Positions 9,754-18,860 of a stretch of 64,000 nt of DNA are shown piece by piece. The translations under genes and the position numbers were made by a program. Position 1 is the stretch's first letter. Each line of letters starts with the position of its first letter. The stretch comes from Alphaproteobacteria bacterium (lineage in GTDB: Bacteria > Pseudomonadota > Alphaproteobacteria > CACIAM-22H2). The DNA lies in contig DATIBC010000057.1 in the NCBI GenBank assembly GCA_035457725.1, positions 3,258-67,257 on the forward strand. Direction: 5' to 3'. The notes under the pieces were generated by a model, which searched no databases, was not told the DNA's origin, and was given only the letters and a program-made list of their open reading frames with translations.

Positions 9754-10887
9754 TCAAGCTGCCGGGGCCGCGCCGACGCCGCTCGCGGCGGCCGCGACAC
9801 GCGCGCCGAGGCGGGCCCACAGCGCGGTCCAAGTTTCGACGAAGCGATCGATGTCGGCCTGAGTCGTTTCGCAGCCGAGGCTGACGCGGATCGCCTCTCC
9901 CGCAAGTTCGCCGGCGCCCATCGCTTGCAGCACGTGCGAGACGCGCACCTTCCCAGACGAGCACGCGGCGCCGGCGCTGATCGCCACTCCGGCGAGGTCG
10001 AACGCCATGACTTGCGTTTCGGCGGCGACACCGGGCATGGCGATGCAACTGGTGTTGGCGACCCGAGGCGCCTCGCGGCCGAGAACCGTAGCCGCCGCAT
10101 CAAGCCGCCCCTCCAGCGCGTCGCGCATTTTGGCGACCGCCGGCATGTCGGAAAGTTCGGCTAGCGCCATGCGGGCGGCCGCCCCAAATCCGGCGATGCC
10201 GGCGACGTTCTCGGTTCCGGCGCGCAATCCGCGTTCTTGTCCGCCGCCCCGCAGCATCGCCGACAACGCCACTTCGTCGTCGACAACCAGCGCGCCGACG
10301 CCCTGCGGCCCACCGATCTTGTGCGCCGAAATGGCCATCGTGTGGATGCCGAGCGCGGTGAAATCGACCGCGAGCCTGCCGACCGCCTGAACCGCGTCGC
10401 AATGGATTCGCGCGCCGCGGGCCCGCGCGAGGCGCGCCACATCGGCCACCGGCTGGATGGCCCCGGTTTCATTGTTGACCAGCATGACCGCGACCAAAGC
10501 CGGACCGGTTTCACTCGCCAGCAGCCGATCGAGGGCATCGAGATCGACGACTCCTGCGCGGTCGACCGGAATCGCGATGGCGGTCGGCGCCGCGGCGCGG
10601 ACCGAATCGTGCTCAATCGCCGAAATCAGCACGCGCGCGGCGGGTTGTGCCAATGCGAGGTTGTTCGCCTCGGTCCCGCCGCTGGTGAAGACGATCTGGG
10701 CCGACCGTGCGCCGACCAGCGCCGCGACCGAGGCGCGCGCCTCCTCGACGCGTCGCCGGGCCAACCGCCCGAATCGATGCACCGAAGACGGGTTGCCCGT
10801 TTCGAGGAGCGCCGCGTGCATCGCCTCGAACGCCGCTGGCCTCAGTGGCGCGGTCGCGTTGTAGTCGAGGTACACCGAACGAGTCAT
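9754..10887 (-). CDS. second class-V cysteine desulfurase (NifS-like paralogue)
   Basis: 377-aa ORF with [13 protein letters not shown]-Lys motif [10 protein letters not shown] and active-site loop SAGAACSSG. It lacks the IscS C-terminal tail and lies between iscR and iscS. Confidence 0.85.
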   Translation of the reverse strand: MTRSVYLDYNATAPLRPAAFEAMHAALLETGNPSSVHRFGRLARRRVEEARASVAALVGARSAQIVFTSGGTEANNLALAQPAARVLISAIEHDSVRAAAPTAIAIPVDRAGVVDLDALDRLLASETGPALVAVMLVNNETGAIQPVADVARLARARGARIHCDAVQAVGRLAVDFTALGIHTMAISAHKIGGPQGVGALVVDDEVALSAMLRGGGQERGLRAGTENVAGIAGFGAAARMALAELSDMPAVAKMRDALEGRLDAAATVLGREAPRVANTSCIAMPGVAAETQVMAFDLAGVAISAGAACSSGKVRVSHVLQAMGAGELAGEAIRVSLGCETTQADIDRFVETWTALWARLGARVAAAASGVGAAPAA

Positions 10888-10917
10888 TTTACCGGCATTG
10901 CTCCGTTGATGGCGTAG

Positions 10918-11394
10918 TCAGTCCGCCGCGACCATCGGCGATTTCTCGCGCGGCCCATGTTCGATCACCCCGCTCGTTCCGAGAACACGCTTGTTGCAGA
11001 CATCGGCGAGCGATACCGAGCTCAGGTAAAGATGGATCTGATTGCCGAGCTCTTCCCATAGATCATGGGTCAAGCATCGGCTGCGGTTGGACACGCAACC
11101 CGACGGCGACCCTGGCGCGCAACGCGTGGCGCGGATCGGCTCGTCGACGGCGAGGATGATATCGGAGATCCGCGTCGCCTCGACCGGATGCGCTAGTAAA
11201 TAGCCGCCGCCTGGCCCACGCACGCTCTTGACCAAGCCGCCCTTGCGCAGTTTCGAAAAAAGCTGCTCGAGATAGGAGAGGGAAATCTCCTGCCGCTCGG
11301 CGATGTCGGCGAGCGCGACCGGCTGGCCCTTGCTGGTGCTCGCAAGGTCAACCATCGCCATGACGGCGTAACGTCCCTTCGTGCTGAGCTTCAC
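10918..11394 (-). CDS. iscR: Rrf2-family Fe-S regulator IscR
   Basis: The conserved Rrf2 N-terminus (V)[17 protein letters not shown] starts at the GTG at 11394, preceded by GGGAGAA. Three Cys (CAPGSPSGC...C) could ligate a cluster. The GTG overlaps the cysE TGA (GTGA). Confidence 0.88.
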   Translation of the reverse strand: MKLSTKGRYAVMAMVDLASTSKGQPVALADIAERQEISLSYLEQLFSKLRKGGLVKSVRGPGGGYLLAHPVEATRISDIILAVDEPIRATRCAPGSPSGCVSNRSRCLTHDLWEELGNQIHLYLSSVSLADVCNKRVLGTSGVIEHGPREKSPMVAAD

Positions 11395-12143
11395 CGATTT
11401 TCTCCCTTGATGGCGAATTCGACCCCTTTGACGTCGGCGGCCTTGGCCGCCGCGGGGAGTTCGCTCGCCTCGACCTGTTCGCGCAACGCTGCCAACAAGC
11501 CTTCCAGCTCGGCGACGCGCACTCGCAGCGCGCCGACATCGGCGCAGATACCGTCCATGGCGCGCGCGACCGGATCGGGAATGTCGGGGGTCGATCCGTA
11601 GGCGCAAAAGTCCTTGGCCTGCGCCGCCTGCCGCATCACCGCCTTGGCGGGGATGCCGACAACGGTGATGCCGTCCGGCACGTCCGCCAGCACGACCGCG
11701 TTCGATCCGATGCGGGCATTTGCGCCGATCACCAAGGGCCCGAGTATCTTTGCGCCGGCTCCGACGATGACTCCGTCTTTTAGCGTCGGGTGGCGCTTTC
11801 CTTGGCTGAGCGAGGTGCCGCCAAGCGTGACGCCCTGGTAAAGCGTAACGTCATCGCCGAGCTCGGAGGTTTCGCCGATGACCACGCCCATGCCGTGATC
11901 GACGAACAGGCGCCGGCCGATGGCGGCGCCGGGGTGAATTTCGATCCCGGTCAATCCGCGCCCGACATGCGACAGAAACCGCCCGACAAGCCGCCAGCCG
12001 CGACGCCAAGCGCCATGCGCCAGTCGATGAAGCAACACGGCATGGAACCCGGGGTAACAGAACACCACCTCCAGCCGCGAGCGGGCTGCAGGATCGCGGG
12101 CCATGATCGCGTCGATGTCGTCACGAAGATTCTTGAAGTTCAT
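11391..12143 (-). CDS. cysE: serine O-acetyltransferase CysE with a C-terminal extension
   Basis: 250-aa ORF with ARDPAARS..., [11 protein letters not shown] and hexapeptide repeats ([28 protein letters not shown]). It is the first gene of the isc cluster. Confidence 0.9.
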   Translation of the reverse strand: MNFKNLRDDIDAIMARDPAARSRLEVVFCYPGFHAVLLHRLAHGAWRRGWRLVGRFLSHVGRGLTGIEIHPGAAIGRRLFVDHGMGVVIGETSELGDDVTLYQGVTLGGTSLSQGKRHPTLKDGVIVGAGAKILGPLVIGANARIGSNAVVLADVPDGITVVGIPAKAVMRQAAQAKDFCAYGSTPDIPDPVARAMDGICADVGALRVRVAELEGLLAALREQVEASELPAAAKAADVKGVEFAIKGENR

Positions 12144-12246
12144 GGCTTCGACTACCTAGTATGCTTCGCGCTCGCCGATGCGAGGGCGCACCGTCAAACG
12201 AGCCCGCGTGCGAGCCCGGCCGAGGTCTGCTTTGGGCAGGTATATT

Positions 12247-12271
12247 TTACCCGAGCTAGTTAGTCAAGTAT
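12247..12271. promoter_or_regulatory. candidate type-1 IscR binding site upstream of cysE-iscR
   Basis: TTACCCGAGCTAGTTAGTCAAGTAT matches the E. coli type-1 consensus ATASYYGACTRWWWYAGTCRRSTAT at 20 of 25 positions (hand count). It lies about 100 bp upstream of the cysE ATG in a low-GC divergent intergenic region. Confidence 0.5.
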
Positions 12272-12390
12272 TGAACCGAAAGAATACTCAACCACTTGAA
12301 ATATAATACTTATATTTCCGACCAACTTGATCGGAATTGCTTGGCCTCGCGGGGCATTCGCGGCCTCTCGGGCGCGCCCTGGGAGCGGCA

Positions 12391-13101
12391 ATGCCTGACG
12401 TGATAATCAATGGCGCCGACGGTCGCCTCGAGGGCCGCTACTTGCCGGCGGCGCGCGGCGAGCGGGCGCCGATCGCATTGTTGTTGCACCCCCATCCGCA
12501 GCACGGCGGAACGATGCACAACAAGGTCGTCTATACCCTCAACCAATCGTTTACGCGGCTTGGTTTCTCGACCTTGCGGTTCAATTTCCGCGGCGTCGGC
12601 CGCTCGCAGGGATCTTTCGCGCGCGGCGAGGGCGAGTTGACCGACGCGGCTTCCGCCCTCGACTGGCTGCAAGCTTACAACGCCAATGCCTCGGGTTGCT
12701 GGATCGCCGGATTCTCCTTCGGCGCTTGGATCGGGATGCAACTATTGATGCGCCGCCCGGAGATCGACGGCTTCATATCGATAGCGCCCCCGGCCAATAT
12801 CTACGACTTCGGATTCCTCGCTCCCTGCCCGTCTTCGGGCCTGATTGTTCACGGCGACAAGGATGAGGTCGTGCCCGAGGATGCGTCCCGCCGCCTCGCC
12901 GAGAAACTGAGCAAGCAGCGCGACATCAAGATCGATTACCGCGTGATAAAAGGCGCGAACCATTTCTTCACCGACCGTCTCGAAAAGCTGCAGACGCTGG
13001 TCGAGGACTACTTGACGCAGGCGCTGAAGCCGCCGGCCCCCGGGCGTAGCGCCGCGCGCGATACGCGGGAGCGCGAAAAGAGCAAGGCTTCAGCGCGCTA
13101 A
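12391..13101 (+). CDS. alpha/beta hydrolase (COG2945-like)
   Basis: The ATG at 12391 is preceded by GGGAG. GRLEGRY...LLLHPHPQHGGTMHNKVV and GFSFGA nucleophile elbow. 236 aa. Confidence 0.75.
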   Translation: MPDVIINGADGRLEGRYLPAARGERAPIALLLHPHPQHGGTMHNKVVYTLNQSFTRLGFSTLRFNFRGVGRSQGSFARGEGELTDAASALDWLQAYNANASGCWIAGFSFGAWIGMQLLMRRPEIDGFISIAPPANIYDFGFLAPCPSSGLIVHGDKDEVVPEDASRRLAEKLSKQRDIKIDYRVIKGANHFFTDRLEKLQTLVEDYLTQALKPPAPGRSAARDTREREKSKASAR

Positions 13102-13110
13102 TGCCGGAGT

Positions 13111-14193
13111 TCAAGGCTTGCGAAACAGCCGGCCGCCGAGCATAGGGCGGGTAACGCCGGTGGTGCTGGGAAAGCTCAGCGGCAGGCCCCGCAGCGACCG
13201 TACCGCCAGGAATGCGAAGGCTTGCGCCTCGAGCGCGTCGCCATTCCAACCATGTTCCTCCGCCGTTCGGACCTCGGCGCCGAGGGCCGCACGCAGCATG
13301 GCAATCAGGGTCGGATTGCGGCGACCGCCTCCGGTGACGATCCAGGCGCGGGGCGGCGCTGGAAAGTGAGGCGCCGCCGCCGCGACGGAATGGGCGGTGA
13401 ACGCGGTCAGCGTCGCGGCGCCGTCTTGCGTCGATAGCCCGGCGACCGGCGCCGGATCGAAGGCATTGCGGTCGAGCGATTTCGGCGGCGGCCGGCTGAA
13501 ATAAACGTGGCTCATGAGCGCGGCCAATGCCGCAAGATCGACATGTCCCGCGGCCGCCGCGGTTCCGCCCGCGTCGCATGCGGTGCCCTGGCGCGCCAGC
13601 ATCCAATCGTCGATCAGCGCATTGCCTGGACCGGTGTCGAAGGCCAGCAGTCCACGACCCGCTGCCCCGGTGTCGGCCTGCGGGCCGATCCAGGTAACGT
13701 TGGCGACGCCGCCGACGTTCAAGACGGCCAGCGGCCGCGGCAAATGAGCCGCAAGAGCGGCGTGGAAGATCGGGACGAATGGGGCGCCTTCGCCGCCGGC
13801 CGCGACGTCGGCGCTGCGAAAATCGCCGACCACGTCGATCTTGGTCCGCTGCGCGAGCAACTCGCCATCGCCGATCTGCCAGGTAAACCCTTCGCGTGGG
13901 CGGTGGACCAGCGTTTGGCCATGAAAGCCGATGACGTCGACGCCCGCCGGGGTCAACCCAGCCTCCTTCAGCAATGCGCTGACCGCGGCGGCGTGCGCGA
14001 GCGTCATGTCGCGCTCCACCGCCTTGACCGGCTGGCGGCCGCCTAGGGCGCGCCTGAGTCGTTCGCGCAAGCTCGACGAATAGGGATACGTTCGCGCCGC
14101 GCCGATGGCGGCGATCGTATGCCCCTCGGTTTCGACGAGCGCGGCGTCGACGCCGTCGAGCGACGTGCCGCTCATCAAGCCGAGGGCGCGCAA
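13111..14193 (-). CDS. anmK: anhydro-N-acetylmuramic acid kinase AnmK
   Basis: [14 protein letters not shown]-terminal signature and full AnmK-length similarity. The track ORF extends to 14433. Start placed at the TTG at 14193 by analogy with known AnmK N-termini (alternatives: ATG 14175, ATG 14307). No clear SD. Confidence 0.8.
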   Translation of the reverse strand: MRALGLMSGTSLDGVDAALVETEGHTIAAIGAARTYPYSSSLRERLRRALGGRQPVKAVERDMTLAHAAAVSALLKEAGLTPAGVDVIGFHGQTLVHRPREGFTWQIGDGELLAQRTKIDVVGDFRSADVAAGGEGAPFVPIFHAALAAHLPRPLAVLNVGGVANVTWIGPQADTGAAGRGLLAFDTGPGNALIDDWMLARQGTACDAGGTAAAAGHVDLAALAALMSHVYFSRPPPKSLDRNAFDPAPVAGLSTQDGAATLTAFTAHSVAAAAPHFPAPPRAWIVTGGGRRNPTLIAMLRAALGAEVRTAEEHGWNGDALEAQAFAFLAVRSLRGLPLSFPSTTGVTRPMLGGRLFRKP

Positions 14194-14336
14194 TACGGGG
14201 GTCGATTGGGGCAATGGCGTTCTCTCGTAGACCGGTGCGGAACGCGACCCATGTCGTTGTCGGTCCGCATGCGATTGTGCTAAATCACCGCCGCCGCGGG
14301 CAAGCATTCCGCGCGCCCGGCGCAGTCGTTCAAGCG

Positions 14337-15590
14337 ATGGCCAAGTCCCGATCCGATCTTCTCCGCGCCCTCTCCGAACGCGGATACATCCATCAATGCA
14401 CCGATTCCGCGGCGCTCGATCTCGCCGCTTCAAAAGGCCGCATCACCGCTTACGTCGGATACGACTGTACCGCCGATTCGCTGCATGTCGGCCACCTCGT
14501 CTCGATCATGATGCTTCGCTTGCTGCAGCGCACCGGGCACCGGCCGATCGCGCTGATGGGCGGCGGAACGACCAAGGTTGGCGATCCCTCAGGCAAGGAC
14601 GAAACGCGGCAGCTTCTGTCGGAAGCGACGATCGCCGCCAACATGGCGGCCATTCGGCGCAGCTTCGCCAACTTTCTCTCCTTCGATGACGGACCGACCG
14701 GCGCGATCATGGCGAATAACGCCGATTGGCTCGATGATCTGCGCTACATCGCGTTTCTGCGCGATATCGGCCGACACTTCTCGGTCAACCGAATGCTGAG
14801 CATGGACTCGGTCAAGCTGCGGCTCGAGCGCGACCAGCCGCTCACCTTCCTCGAGTTCAACTACATGGTGCTGCAATCCTACGATTTCGTCGAATTGGCG
14901 CGTCGTCACGATTGCCGGTTGCAGATGGGAGGGTCGGATCAGTGGGGCAACATCGTCATGGGCGTGGAGCTGGGGCGCCGCGTCGCCGATTTCGGGTTGT
15001 TCGGGTTGACGACGCCGCTGATCACCACCGCGTCGGGCGCCAAGATGGGCAAGACGGCGCAAGGCGCGGTGTGGCTCAACCCCGAGCGCCTTGCGCCCTA
15101 TGCCTACTATCAGTACTGGCGCAACACCGACGACGGCGATGTCGGCCGGTTCCTGAAGCTCTTCACCGACTTGCCGCTGGATGAGATTGCCCGCCTAGAG
15201 GCGCTCGCCGGGGCGGAGATCAACGAGGCGAAGAAGATATTGGCCTTCGAGGCAACCAAGCTGTGTCATGGCGGCGACGCCGCGCGCGAGGCGGCCGAGA
15301 CGGCGCGGCGCACCTTCGAGGAAGGGACGGCCGGCGGCGATTTACCGACGGTGCACAAGACGCGGGCGGAGCTTGATACTGGCGTGCCGTTATACGAGCT
15401 CCTCGTCGAAACGCGGCTGAGTGCAACCAACAGCGACGCGCGACGTCTGATCTCGCAAGGAGGCGCTCGCATCAACGACGCGGTCGTCCGCGATACGAAA
15501 CAATCCGTGACCAGCGGTCAGCTCTCTCGGGAAGGTGTCATCAAGCTTACGGCCGGCAAGAAACGCCACGCGCTGGTGCGCGTCGTCTGA
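14337..15590 (+). CDS. tyrS: tyrosine--tRNA ligase
   Basis: Starts at [13 protein letters not shown]-type motif (SLHVGH), KMGKT (KMSKS variant) and a C-terminal S4 domain. 417 aa. Confidence 0.93.
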   Translation: MAKSRSDLLRALSERGYIHQCTDSAALDLAASKGRITAYVGYDCTADSLHVGHLVSIMMLRLLQRTGHRPIALMGGGTTKVGDPSGKDETRQLLSEATIAANMAAIRRSFANFLSFDDGPTGAIMANNADWLDDLRYIAFLRDIGRHFSVNRMLSMDSVKLRLERDQPLTFLEFNYMVLQSYDFVELARRHDCRLQMGGSDQWGNIVMGVELGRRVADFGLFGLTTPLITTASGAKMGKTAQGAVWLNPERLAPYAYYQYWRNTDDGDVGRFLKLFTDLPLDEIARLEALAGAEINEAKKILAFEATKLCHGGDAAREAAETARRTFEEGTAGGDLPTVHKTRAELDTGVPLYELLVETRLSATNSDARRLISQGGARINDAVVRDTKQSVTSGQLSREGVIKLTAGKKRHALVRVV

Positions 15591-15598
15591 TACGGCGT

Positions 15599-18500
15599 TT
15601 ACTGCCCGTCGCGGCGCTGGTTGGGATCGGGCTCGAAGCTCGGCGGCGATCCCTTGCCGTCCTCGGATAGATCGAACAGCCCGCGAAGAAATCCTGGCGC
15701 CAGCGTCGACAGTGGCTGCACCGACACCTCGGGATCGACTATCGGACCGCTAATGGTGTAATTGGCGGCGAACAATCCGCCCCCCTTCTCGGGCACGAGA
15801 ATGCGGCCGAGCAACGGAATGTTGCCGAAAACGCTGTTGAGCGCGTAGGCCGGAACCAACGTTCCGCCCACCTTGACCGATTCGGCATCCGGATCGAGCG
15901 TCCCCTTGGCGGTGATTCCCATCGCCGACCCGTAGGCGCGTGCGTCGCGAATTTTGATCTCGGCATCGAACGCTTCGAATTCGCCGTATAGACGGGTGAA
16001 GCCGATGCCTTCGCCCTTAAGCGAATCGAGAATCCCGGTGAGCAAGGCGATACTGAGTATCCGCGCCAGGCCCGGCGCATTCACCACCCGGAATTCGCCC
16101 ATTTCGATCTTGCCGACCATCGGCGCGCCGGCGATCGATTCGTCGGTCGCGCCTTTAAGCTCGAATTTTCCGCCGACGATGTTGGGCGTTGCACCGACGA
16201 TCTTCAACAGCGCGCCCGCGTTGTCGGCATGGGCGTACAGCGTCTGACGCCCCGCGGCGTCGGTCTTGAGATCGATCGCCGCTGGTTGGCTGGTGCCGCC
16301 GGCGACGGGGGTTTGAGCATGGAGATCGATGCGCTCCCAACGTCGCGCCGAGCGAAAGCCGTCGAGGCTCAATTGATCGAAAAATCGATCGGGCGCCAAA
16401 TAGAGCCGATCGACTTTCGCGACGACGCGCAATTCGGGTCGCTCTGCGGTTCGGTTCGTTCCCGCCGTCCCGACGCCGCGATCGCGCAGGAATGGCTCGC
16501 CGTTGAAGGCCTTTCCCTCGACATCGATCGAAATTCCGTGCCGCTCGCGCGCAAACCTGCCGCGTACGTCGGTGAGCCCGACCTTGAGCGTGTCGACGTC
16601 GATGCGCGAAAGCGTTTTGCCGTTGGCCGCGAATGCGCCGCGGCCGTTGACCTGCAAGCCGCCGCCACTGGCGTGCAACAGCGGCAAATCGACCGGACGA
16701 CCGTTTTCGAGACGCATCTCGACGCGCGCATTCGCCGGCACTCCTGGCGGCTTGCTCCAGTCTTGTTCGACGATCGCCAGGGTCGCGGCGTCGAGCTTCA
16801 TGTCGGCCGCGAGCTGGCTGCGTCCGCCGCGCCGCTCGGTGTAGACGAGGGAAACGTCGACCGGGCCGTCGACCACTGGACGGAGATCGAATCCGAATGC
16901 GGAGCGATCGGCCGACGAAATGGTGCCGCGTGCCTTGGTTTCTCCGATAACCTGCGCGCCCGCCTGGAAGTTGCGGACCATCTCAATCTGTGCCGGCACT
17001 TGACCGACGGTAAGCGTCCCGCGGATGTCTAGACCCTTGTTGTTAAGCCGCATCGCCAGCGTCCCGTCGCGGGCATCCTGGCCGAGAACGACATCACGCA
17101 GGCCGAATTCAGAGACATCGGCGGTCACCGCCATGTCGATCTCTTCGACCTTGAGCCGATCGAGCAGGGGAAACTTGAAGCCGATTCGCACCATCGAGTT
17201 GCCGTCGAACTGAGCGGGCGTCAGGCCGATGGCCTTGATGAACTCGAGCGGCGGTCGATCGATCAATTCGAGTTGTTCGCGCAACGGGCCGCGCACGGCG
17301 ACGTCGATCGACGCCAGTTCGATATCGCGACCAAGATCGGTGAGCGCGATTTTGGCGCCTTCCACTTTGAGTCGTCCCAGTTCGCCAGCGCTGGCGTCGA
17401 GATCGACCCGGTCGATTCCGACTTTTCCGGTCCCCGCCACCTTCTCCACTGGCGGCAGCCCCTTGAGGTATTGGACGGATAGACCGGTGAATCGAAAGGA
17501 TCCGTCCACCTGCTCGGCCACAAGTCCACCGCCGGAATCCGTGGCTACCGACAATTGGAAGCGCCCCTCCTCGAGCACGCCCTTGGAGAGGTTTTCGATG
17601 ATCCACCGCCTGGCGTTGGCGGAAGCGTTGATCGGCCACAGGCGGCCCACGTCGTCGACAAACACCTTGCGAACTGCCGCCGTCGCCGTTAAGCGCGGGT
17701 GATCGTCGAGCCCGTCGATTTCCGCGCTCGCTTGGATCTTTGTCTCGCCCAGATCGAGCGCCGCTTCGTCGATCTTCAGTCGCTGAGTCCCCTCCGAAAA
17801 CTCGCCCATCAGTCGGACTTGGCGGAATTCGATGGGCTCGGAGAAAAAAGCGGGAGACACGATCCGCCCCTTGGGCCCGGCAAGATTGAAGCCCACCGAA
17901 CGAACTTGGCCGTCGAGGGCCATGGCGAGATCGACGACTCCGCTCACCGTGGTTTCGAGAACGCTGAGCCGGTCGAGCCGTGAATCGACGACCCGAAGCT
18001 GGGCAAGGCCGATATCGGTGAAGCGAACCTGCCCCTCAATGCGATCGGCGCCCGTGGAATAGCTGACATTGGCCGCAAGGCGCGCCTCATTCTCCTCGAT
18101 CTTGACCGTCAGGCCCAAATCCGCGCGAAGTCCGGCAGGATTGCGAAACAGCGTCACGTCCGTATCGGGGACGCTCCACGTCCGACCGTCCGCCAGGTCG
18201 TAGATTGTCGTGACACCATCGGTGATGCTGATCTGACGCAGGTATCCGCCGGGGCGCGTCGGATCAGGTTCGCGCAGGAAGTTGCCGATTATGAGCGGGA
18301 TCGCCCGGCCGGCCTCCTCGACGCCCTGCGGCGCCCCGCCTTCGGCATCGGCGCCGAAGCGAAGTCCGCCTTCCTTGGTGCGAATGATCGTCAAACGCGG
18401 CCGGCGAACGTCGATCGCCACCGGAGCTACCACCCCGCGCAGCAACGCGGTGGCCGAAAGACTCAGGTCCAACTCGGGGATTCGCGCCACCATCGCCCCT

Positions 18501-18760
18501 TCGCCGCGAGAGACGGTGACGTTCAGCACTTTAAGATCGAGATTGCGCTCCCACCCTGTCCAGGCCAGCACGGTCTCGTCGAAGGTGATTTGGGCGCCCT
18601 GCACTTCGGCGTTGAGGCTGCGCTCGATGATCGGCGCAAGGAAGCCGAGGGGGATCGGTCCGGCCGACAGCCGCCAGGCGAAAATCGCCGCCGCAGCCGC
18701 GACGATGACCACTATGCTCACGAGTACTTCGACGACAAGCTTGGAGAGGCGGATCACCAT
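15599..18760 (-). CDS. large AsmA-like/YhdP-like envelope protein (DUF3971-type)
   Basis: 1053-aa ORF with a single N-terminal TM helix followed by a long predicted beta-rich periplasmic region. The conserved C-terminal block (GGLFAANYTISGPIVDPEVSVQPLS) is typical of the AsmA-like C-terminal domain. Family assignment is from memory of such proteins. Confidence 0.6.
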   Translation of the reverse strand: MVIRLSKLVVEVLVSIVVIVAAAAAIFAWRLSAGPIPLGFLAPIIERSLNAEVQGAQITFDETVLAWTGWERNLDLKVLNVTVSRGEGAMVARIPELDLSLSATALLRGVVAPVAIDVRRPRLTIIRTKEGGLRFGADAEGGAPQGVEEAGRAIPLIIGNFLREPDPTRPGGYLRQISITDGVTTIYDLADGRTWSVPDTDVTLFRNPAGLRADLGLTVKIEENEARLAANVSYSTGADRIEGQVRFTDIGLAQLRVVDSRLDRLSVLETTVSGVVDLAMALDGQVRSVGFNLAGPKGRIVSPAFFSEPIEFRQVRLMGEFSEGTQRLKIDEAALDLGETKIQASAEIDGLDDHPRLTATAAVRKVFVDDVGRLWPINASANARRWIIENLSKGVLEEGRFQLSVATDSGGGLVAEQVDGSFRFTGLSVQYLKGLPPVEKVAGTGKVGIDRVDLDASAGELGRLKVEGAKIALTDLGRDIELASIDVAVRGPLREQLELIDRPPLEFIKAIGLTPAQFDGNSMVRIGFKFPLLDRLKVEEIDMAVTADVSEFGLRDVVLGQDARDGTLAMRLNNKGLDIRGTLTVGQVPAQIEMVRNFQAGAQVIGETKARGTISSADRSAFGFDLRPVVDGPVDVSLVYTERRGGRSQLAADMKLDAATLAIVEQDWSKPPGVPANARVEMRLENGRPVDLPLLHASGGGLQVNGRGAFAANGKTLSRIDVDTLKVGLTDVRGRFARERHGISIDVEGKAFNGEPFLRDRGVGTAGTNRTAERPELRVVAKVDRLYLAPDRFFDQLSLDGFRSARRWERIDLHAQTPVAGGTSQPAAIDLKTDAAGRQTLYAHADNAGALLKIVGATPNIVGGKFELKGATDESIAGAPMVGKIEMGEFRVVNAPGLARILSIALLTGILDSLKGEGIGFTRLYGEFEAFDAEIKIRDARAYGSAMGITAKGTLDPDAESVKVGGTLVPAYALNSVFGNIPLLGRILVPEKGGGLFAANYTISGPIVDPEVSVQPLSTLAPGFLRGLFDLSEDGKGSPPSFEPDPNQRRDGQ

Positions 18761-18860
18761 TGGCGCTTGCCCTGCATTTCCTCAATTCACGCTCAAGCCA
18801 TAAATTGTTCGCGCCACTTGACCCTCGCGCCGCGCATGCGCTCCAGTGTGAGCCAAAATC

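Noticed and set aside
9738-10103. The 122-codon N-terminal extension of the iscS track ORF. Similar extensions occur on iscR (to 11607), hppD (to 48719), anmK (to 14433) and the aminotransferase (to 37910).
   Set aside because: The extensions overlap the upstream genes, translate to R/S/P-rich junk, and conserved family N-termini with SD sequences occur at the internal starts.
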